DNA of 62,002 nucleotides, filler included, from Dugesia japonica (Eukaryota), in the NCBI GenBank assembly GCA_001938525.1. It is 5 parts of 5 records of this genome, joined end to end, with 100 filler letters (N's around TTAATTAATTAA, not from the genome) between each part and the next. Parts side by side here need not be neighbours in the genome. Positions count along the whole stretch, not along the records: positions 48,331 to 62,002 come from MQRL01573462.1; 4 more parts are not named here. One strand, given 5' to 3'. The translations under genes were made by a program, and so were the position numbers. The notes beneath the pieces are model-generated. The model did no database searches and had not been told where the DNA came from. It worked only from the letters and a program-made list of their open reading frames with translations. Shown here in pieces: positions 53,917 through 62,002 of the stretch (within the stretch, counting starts at the first letter, position 1; each line of letters opens with the position of its first letter).

Positions 53917-54899
53917 TAATTTAATTAAATTTAAATAAAAATTATTTAAATTTAATTATTAATATTATTAATTAAGTTTAAATAATTTTAATATTCTGTA
54001 TTGCATAAAAATATCTTTTAAATTATAGTTGTAATATTTTTTGAAATATTTATAGTAAGAAAAATATTATCGATTTTTTAGAATATAAAGAAATGATTTG
54101 AAAACTTAATTTGAAAAATTATAAAATTATTTTGAAAGATTATTAAAAAATATCGTATGTGTATTTTTTTGTTTAAAAAGAAAATCTATATTTTTAAATA
54201 TAAATTTTATATTCTTAGATATAGATTATTTGTTTAAATATGATGGATTATTCTTACATCTGTTTACCTTTAATAACACAATTGTGATAGTAATATTAAT
54301 AATAATAATTTTAATAATTTTAATAATAATACTAATAAATAATAATAATATAATTTGAACAAAGATAAATTAAGAATTTTATTTTTATGAATTTTAAAAG
54401 ATTTGATTGGATATTTAAAACAATATTAGAAAAAGTAATTTATTAAACTTTAATTATATATTTCTAATTGTGTATTGCAACCAAAATTTGGACGTCCAGG
54501 GTATAAGCTTAAATATTTATTGAAATTTTCGTATCTAATAAATATTCAATCTCATGAATAGAGAAAAAAACAAACGCTATTTAATTTTTTTTCACTTTTC
54601 TTTTAATTATAAGTTGTAAATTTCATAAATCAACTTAATAAAAGAAATAACCGATTATTTGTTAAATAATAAATCATTGGTGGTGATCGTTTTATTAAAT
54701 TAAATTTTGTCTCAATGATTAATCAAGTCCACTTGTAAGTCAAAATCTCAAACAATTTCCACGTCATTCGTTTGACAAACAACAATTTTCATTTTAATTC
54801 ATTTTAGCAAAAAGAAATTAATAAAACAAATGAAAGACAACAAATAATTTGACAAGTTCGTTAAATTTTCAAATGAAAATTAATATTATTTTATAAATC

Positions 54900-55724
54900 A
54901 ATGCAATACTGAGTTGATATTGAAGATGACACAAACTGAAGTGTAATTGGCGCGCCTATAATGTTCGATGATTCCTGAGCCGAATCCAGCTACAACAAAG
55001 TCGTATTTAAACACACACAAATCAAAGAACCAATAATGATATGATCTGTTATTGCAATTACTGCATACCAATTAAGATTGGAGATTATGCAACCAATCAA
55101 ATTTCAGAAAATTATTCTTTCAGTTATAGGTATTGTAGTAGCATACTAACAAAAGTTAGCGGCATCCGATAATGCAGTAGAGAGAGTGATTGAGTTAGAC
55201 AGACACACACAAGCACGTATTATACGAGTCAGTGAAGCAGCAGCGGCCCACACGGAATATTAATTCGGCTTCATATACTGCCTGTCATTCTCGATTAAAT
55301 TTATATCTCTCTGTCACTGCGCATACTCGACAGTACCGCCGCTATATTTTTTAGTTTCTCGTGACTCTATCAACTCAACATCTGGACCGATCATTACATT
55401 CACTATTAATAAAAAGCGTCAATCTATCGCTGTCAATCTATCTGCGCACTCCCGCTTTGTCTAATTTAGTGTCAAATTTGTCAGTTTTAATATCAAAATC
55501 AATCTCCAGACGCATCAGCAGTAAATAGTGTTTTAGCACCTACCATTTCGACAGTTTATTGACAACTACTCAACTCTGGAAATACCTTCTACAATTCGGT
55601 ATTAATTTTTTTAAAAAAAAAAACAATAACTAGAAGAAAAAGTTAAAAGTCAGAGAAAAAAATTATCCAAATAAAAATCATTATTAAATACAAAAATCTT
55701 TTTATTTATTGAAAACTTTATTCA
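54900..55724 (+). promoter_or_regulatory. Probable Meis promoter / 5' UTR
   Basis: GC-richer, non-repetitive island directly upstream of the ATG, with CCAAT motifs (~55068, ~55093) and several TGACAG/CTGTCA TALE-type sites. Confidence 0.55.
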
Positions 55725-55757
55725 ATGTCAACAAACGTATCAAACAATTCTAAAAAT
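55725..55757 (+). CDS. meis: Meis/homothorax TALE homeobox gene, predicted coding exon 1 (MSTNVSNNSKN)
   Basis: ATG at 55725, donor gtacgt at 55758, 63-bp intron to acceptor ttctag at 55820; the phase-0 join is in frame with exon 2. Vertebrate Meis genes also have a very short first coding exon. Confidence 0.65.
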
Positions 55758-55820
55758 GTACGTTTTTTTTTTAAATAATTTTTTTTCTCATAATATTTTT
55801 TCTTTTTTTCTAATTTCTAG

Positions 55821-56131
55821 TTCAATATGAGAAATGAAAATCTAACAGTAAATTTGAAAACGAATTGTCCAAATACTAACGGTTTGTTAACAACCTCATC
55901 TCCGCTATCAGGTGAATTAACAAATTCTACAATAACAAAACATACGAATCATACTAATGATGTAGATGATCTATCAAGATCAGTTTGTCATTCCACAGAA
56001 TCCTCATTGAATCAACAGTCGTCTTATATTAGAACCACAGTTTCCCATCCGGCTACTTATGTTGGATCAATGACAAATAATACTCATGAATCTGATTATC
56101 AATTCAAAGGCGAAAAAGAAAATATTTACAG
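55821..56131 (+). CDS. meis: Meis exon 2 (FNMRNENL...DYQFKGEKENIY)
   Basis: ORF 55827-56144. Ends in KGEKENIY-S, matching Meis LKRDKDAIYG; phase-2 donor at 56132. Confidence 0.85.
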
Positions 56132-56185
56132 GTATTTTCGATAAATATTTTTAAAAACAAATGTTTTATTTACTTTTATTATAAG

Positions 56186-56324
56186 TCATTCGCTTTTTCC
56201 ATTGCTAGCAGTTATTTTCGAAAAATGTGAATTAGCAACTTATACGCCAAAATATTCATCCAGTTCCATGGATATTTGTTCTTCAGAATCTTTCAATGAA
56301 GATGTTATGGTTTTTGCTAAAGAG
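56186..56324 (+). CDS. meis: Meis exon 3, MEIS-A domain ([22 protein letters not shown]...[18 protein letters not shown])
   Basis: Near match to Meis [21 protein letters not shown]...DVCSSDSFNEDIAVFAKQ; 54-bp upstream intron with matching phase 2; donor gt at 56325. Confidence 0.95.
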
Positions 56325-56378
<54 letters not shown>

Positions 56379-59300
56379 TATTATTATTATTATTCATAAT
56401 ATTATTATATTTTTATTTTATTATTAATATTATTATTATTATAGTATTATTTTTAATAATATTTTTATTGTATTATTAATATTATTTTTATATAAATTTT
56501 TTTATTATTAATAAATGTGCTATTTATTGAATTTATTGAATAATTTGATGTAAATTAATCGTATTCCATCTCTTTTAATATTTAAAATTATAAAAATTAT
56601 TGGAAATAATAATAACAGTGATATTGATAAAATAATAATATTATTATTATTATCATTTATATTTTAATCTTTGTTTAATCTTTCTCGCTTCATGCGCCAA
56701 AAGAAACGCAAAGATTTATGTAATTCGAATAAGTTATAGTAAAGCATCCCTAACAAATAAGTCGTGTGTAGATCCAGATGTTCACTAGCTGCCTGGTTGC
56801 CGCTGCTGTTGTCACCAGTGACAATTAATACCTGTTCAACACCATTTTAAGACAAAACTGTGTCGAATTCGAATTCAAAGCCGTCTTCAAAGCGATAGCG
56901 GCTCGTAAATGGGGCGATGTGGCACAAAAACACTGAAAACAAAACTGTGGATCTCACTCGACTTAAGAAAACCCAAGGTTGTATTGTGAAATCGTTTTTT
57001 TTTGCGGGCTGTTATTATAACTCGACGAGTAGTAATAGTGGTGTCCGGTATTCGATCAGCTCTCTATATTTCATACCGCTTCATACTGTCTTGCTTGAAA
57101 CACACTGGACCTGTCATTATTCAACGAATTGGTCGGATTTTTGGCCATATCGATCGTAAATTACCAACTAATCGTTGCGTACAGGCGCTTTATGAATTTG
57201 GTTCATGCTGGCCTGCTTGTTGTTGGTGGGGCTCATTATTAGTATTATAGTTTTTTATTTTTTTATTATTATTATTATTATTATCATAATTTTATTATTA
57301 TTATTTTATTATCATTATGGATTGTTTGGAATTTTCATTTAAGTAACTATTTCAATGATTACAATTATAAAATAAATATCCTTTTATATTTACAGATAAA
57401 AAAATCTCGTTCTAAAATTTGTTTTTTTGTGGTTATGCTTATCTCGCTATAAAGTCAAAATGATAATCTGGTTATCGGCTTGATTCCCTATAGCAATCTC
57501 CGCTGCCATATGTTCAGGGAGAACACGCCTGGCAATTCTTTCATACTCAATTTCGTGTCTCACACAGCATGACCAATATCATTTCATAAACACCGCCAAT
57601 ATCTCGGTAGATACATAAGTACTCAAAATTATTATTATAGATACAGTTAATTACTTTTAAGTACTGCATGCTGATGAAACACAATCACAACTTCCTGGCC
57701 ACCATGATCCTCTCAATACAACCTTAGTGTATTATTGTTCTCGCGTGTATTGTTCAGTTTTTTTTTNNNNNNNNNNNNNNNNNNNNNNNNNNNNNNNNNN
57801 NNNNNNNNNNNNNNNNNNNNNNNNNNAAAAAAACTGAAAAGTAGTCTGGAAAAAACTAGAAAAAAATTTACCGCTGACTCTTCGACTATTTTATTTTTTC
57901 AAATAGTAATTTTTTTTTTACATTTCCTTTTCCAGATTGACGACTTTTATTGATGTAATCTAATATGTCTGGCATCTGGTTTTCAACCAATCTTCAATAG
58001 GGATAGATTTTCTTTCGTCACAATTAAAAATAAAGTCAATTAAATAAGAAAAAAAAATAAATAAAGAAAAAAGTTTATTTTTTAAAAATAAATATAAAAA
58101 ATCCTTATCTTGGATAGTTATCAATGAAATATTATTTTAACTAAAGTTATCGTTAAAACAAAAAAAAATTAACAAATGTTATTTTATTTTGAATTTAATG
58201 TGGGAAAATTAATTAATGGTAATTTAAAATGTATTTTTTTTCGTTTTCCATCTTCATCGAGCATGGCATTATCAATATAATTATTTAAGTACTATTGATC
58301 CGCAAAAAAAAACAACGCCGGATATGGTTCCAATTTTAGTTTAATTTCGAACCCAAAAATAATCAAGCAGACTTATCCAAGTATGTTTATGTTGCCTGAT
58401 CTAGATAATTCCGTCTTATCAGCGATGCCTGATACGCAGCTTCGAAAAACTGCATACCCACACGCACCAGCAAACACAACTAAGAATAGTTACATGTCTT
58501 GATACTAGCTCTCTATATATCCGAACTGTATATTATAAAAAAACGAAAATCGTCTGTTGTTCCACTTAATGCAGTTACTTTGGGTTAGGTTGACTGCTTT
58601 GATCTTTTCTTAAGAAGAAGGGGGGAAGAAGGGCATATCAGTGCAGAAGCACAATATTTCTTGTGCCGTTCGGCTCTTTATTCAGCTAGCGAACATTTCG
58701 CTTGCTTTAGCGGATTGATATCAATGCCATTTTGTACATAACGAAAAAGAAGCGATTGGAGTCATTAGTTGTTATTATAATTCAAATAATCCGAGTGCCT
58801 TGCCAAGCAATTTAAACACCACTCTGTCGTGATATTTCTGGCCGGCTTTTTGTTCGGTAACATTCTTTCATTATACTATCTCGATCTGTGTTTGACAATA
58901 TCAGCTGGCCGTTGCCGCCGCCGCTGAATTACTGGGCAAGAGATGAGGCGGTACGAATAGACTGTAGTAATGTATGATTAGAATTTGTTACAAATACCCA
59001 ACCAGGCTTAGCTTGGGCGCGGCTCTCTTCAATCGATATACCAGTCGACCATAAACCAGCCACGAAGCGAGATGATGATGATGATGGGGTTGACGATTAT
59101 TCCGCACCTAAAAGTAGCACTCATTATTAGTGCGTACATTCCAGATTCACTAATTAGCTTATTACGTTGTGATTTATCTTAACATATTTTATTTCCCAGT
59201 ATATGTATGATATTGATATTGATACTTTATATCAGTCAAAGCGAGTTTTCTTTTATTAAAATCAAGCGTGAAAGTTTATAAATAAATTGGTAATTAATTA

Positions 59301-59476
59301 CAATACTTATCAGGATAACAATCAAAATTTGATTTTATTTGTTTAAACTTATCCATTAAATTTCAGATTTTATTTTATTCGTATTTTTATGACTTAATTT
59401 TAAATCATTGTTTTCATTAAAATAAAATATTAATTATTCTTATCAAAAATATTATAGTTATTATTAAAAGAATTAC

Positions 59477-59525
<49 letters not shown>

Positions 59526-59529
59526 TCAG

Positions 59530-59583
59530 TTAGTGACATCAGACAAAAAAATCTACTCACAAAATTCAGAAATGGATTTATTG
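59530..59583 (+). CDS. meis: Meis exon 4 (LVTSDKKIYSQNSEMDLL)
   Basis: Acceptor ttcag and donor gtaaat, phase 0/0; aligns to Meis VRAEKPLFSSNPELDNL. Too short for the ORF track. Confidence 0.9.
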
Positions 59584-59636
59584 GTAAATCGTTGAAATTG
59601 TTAAAACAAATAAGTATTTTTTTTTATTAAAATTAG

Positions 59637-59687
59637 ATGATTCAAGCGATACAAGTGTTGCGGTTCCATCTGCTGGAAATAGAGAAA
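59637..59687 (+). CDS. meis: Meis exon 5, MEIS-B (MIQAIQVLRFHLLEIEK)
   Basis: Almost identical to Meis MIQAIQVLRFHLLELEK; ag/gtatgt boundaries; 53-bp upstream intron. Confidence 0.97.
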
Positions 59688-61004
59688 GTATGTATTTATC
59701 GATTTTATTATAGAAATATGACATTTAGTAAATAATTGACCGATATAACACCAAAAAATCAATTAATATCAATCATTAGTTAGTACTGGTGTTAAATTGA
59801 TGACTGACTACTATTACTTTGTTACTAATATTTAATTGTTATTATTTAATTGTTCACTTGCTAGTATTTGTTTGTTTGTGTGTTATGTTGTATTTGAGTA
59901 CGATTTACCAAGTGTTTTTTTCTACTATTCAACAATAACTTTTGATATTGAAACAAGATGATATGCGGCCTAAATAGCTTTGATTACTGATAGTATGCAT
60001 TATCATCTCATTTAAAGCTGTTCTCAAATAATTAAGCCCATATAAATTTTAGTGGTATCGATTTTATTGAACAATTATTGTCAGAAATGCAATTTATTAT
60101 CAATACCTACAAATATAAACTTTCACCATCATCATTATTATTATTAATTTTATTATTATTATTGTTATTATTAATATTATTATCATTAATATTATTATAT
60201 ATATTATTATTATTAATTTTATTATTATTAATATTATCATTATGATTATAATTAATATTATTATTGTTTTTATTATTAATAGTAATTATAAAAATTTCAA
60301 AACATAAATATTATCATCAGAAAAATGAGATATAATTACAAAACGTATCAATTTAAACAAAAATTAAATTACAATATACATAAATCTGACTATTATGTTT
60401 AAATGATAAAATTCCATCTCACTCGGTTATCAGTGGATTGATTCAAAATTTTACGAAATAAAAAAATAAAGTTGAAGTTAATTTGTCTAAGAGTAATCGG
60501 TCCCAGAACACATCGACCTGTCAACTCAAATCAATGCGAAGCCGATTTGAATGAATATGATCAATGTAAATCGAATACGATAGTGCAAACCATATGCTTA
60601 ATTAATGAAGAGACATTAGCTATCGATATAGTTCGGTCCATTGACAGTGGGGGAAAATGGTTTTGTCACAAAACCGACAAGTGTATTCACGGGAAATAAT
60701 GGAATGATCATAATGAGACTTACTGCTCATTCTCACTGATACAGCTTCATTCTTCTTCGAATTGTATACTCCTGGTTTTTTTTNNNNNNNNNNNNNNNNN
60801 NNNNNNNNNNNNNNNNNNNNNNNNNNNNNNNNNNNNNNNNNNNNNNNNNNNNNNNNNNNNNNNNNNNNNNNNNNNNNNNNNNNNNNNNNNNNNNNNNNNN
60901 NNNNNNNNNNNNNNNNNNNNNNNNNNNNNNNNNNNNNNNNNNNNNNNNNAAAAAAAAAATTCTTACTATTATTTTCTTTTAATTTTTTTCTTTTAAATTT
61001 CTAG

Positions 61005-61511
61005 GTGCATGAATTATGTGATAATTTTTGTTCACGTTATATCACATGCTTAAAGAGTAAAATGCCAATCGATTTGGTTATTGAAGATCGTGATTCTGCT
61101 GGATCAACTGGATCAGCAGCAAGTCCTCAACCCAGTGGTAATTTACAAACAGTTTCTACAGTCGAATCTGGAGGAGGAGGAGGAGGTGGTGGTTCAAATA
61201 AACATAGTAAAATTTCCGGTAATGAAGGCAGTCAACATTTGTCAGGAAATTCTGATCTCAGATTACTTACTGACAATGCCAACTATACACATCAGAATTT
61301 TATGCTTAATCCACATCATCAGTCGAATCATTATTCAACTTCGAATCATCGACTTGTTCACGATGCAAGCATGTATCAATTGGCCGCTGAACTCCATCAT
61401 TCAGATCCTCAACAACACCAGTTGAAAATGCAGCAGCAATTATATCATTTATCACATCAAGCTGCCCTGAGCAATCCAACTCATCTTTCATCATTACTTT
61501 CGTCAAATCAT
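61005..61511 (+). CDS. meis: Meis exon 6 ([30 protein letters not shown] plus Gly/His/Gln-rich linker)
   Basis: Matches Meis [25 protein letters not shown]; acceptor ctag at 61004, donor gtaagt at 61512. The homeodomain exons are outside the window. Confidence 0.95.
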
Positions 61512-62002
61512 GTAAGTAATAATATTATATTAACAAAAAAATTTAATTAAAAAATTTAATTAATTAAATTAAGAAATTAATTTTTAATTAAAAACAAAAA
61601 TTTAAAGTTCTTTTTCAAATAATAAAAATTTATTTATCTATTCAATTATTAACGTTTATATTTATTTATTTTTTCTATTTTTTTGTGATAAAATTGAAAA
61701 TAATTTGTAAAAAACAGTATAACTTTTCAAAAAAAAATTAATGATTTTAAATTTCTTTTTAATGAATTTTATTTGGCATTTCAATAATTTAATTCCTCGT
61801 CTGAATTCAAGAATTCCCGCAGTGCCGTTTTCATCTTTCAACAGATACAAGTACATATTTTAATAAACACTTTTTATCGAAACGATTTTTACCATGCTTT
61901 TTGGAATTAAATTTCAATTTAAAACGCAAAAAATTATAGAAAAAATTTTCAACTTATAAAAGTTTTGATTTCGACTAAAGTATTTTTCACTATAACATTG
62001 AG

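Noticed and set aside
56917-57250. Overlapping ORFs in Meis intron 3
   Set aside because: No recognisable domain, and exon 3 joins exon 4 without them; more likely regulatory DNA.

Overview
Very AT-rich, gapped eukaryotic genomic DNA. It has 53-63 bp GT-AG introns, long (AAT/TTA)n microsatellites and 100-bp scaffold linkers; a planarian such as Schmidtea is my inference, not something the sequence proves. Positions ~1-54 kb are mostly decayed transposons: several Ty3/Gypsy remnants, Penelope-like elements, an R2/NeSL-type non-LTR element, a mariner, two hATs, pogo-like pieces and a probable Polinton terminus. A few orphan or pseudogene exons lie among them. Positions 55.7-61.5 kb hold the first six coding exons of a Meis/homothorax TALE gene, spliced by eye into one frame; the homeodomain lies beyond the window. 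The most notable object is a ~12.7-kb, internally deleted giant Gypsy element at 10.7-23.5 kb (minus strand), bracketed by (TTA)n tracts. Its domain order is capsid, coiled coil, Bcl-2-like domain, chuvirus/gB-like envelope glycoprotein, four CCHC knuckles, protease, [RT deleted], RNase H, integrase, possible MATH, IAP-type RING, followed by extra ORFs. A palindrome at 38.9-39.1 kb encodes a minimal hammerhead ribozyme on each strand. All domain calls come from manual translation and motif recognition; no searches were run.
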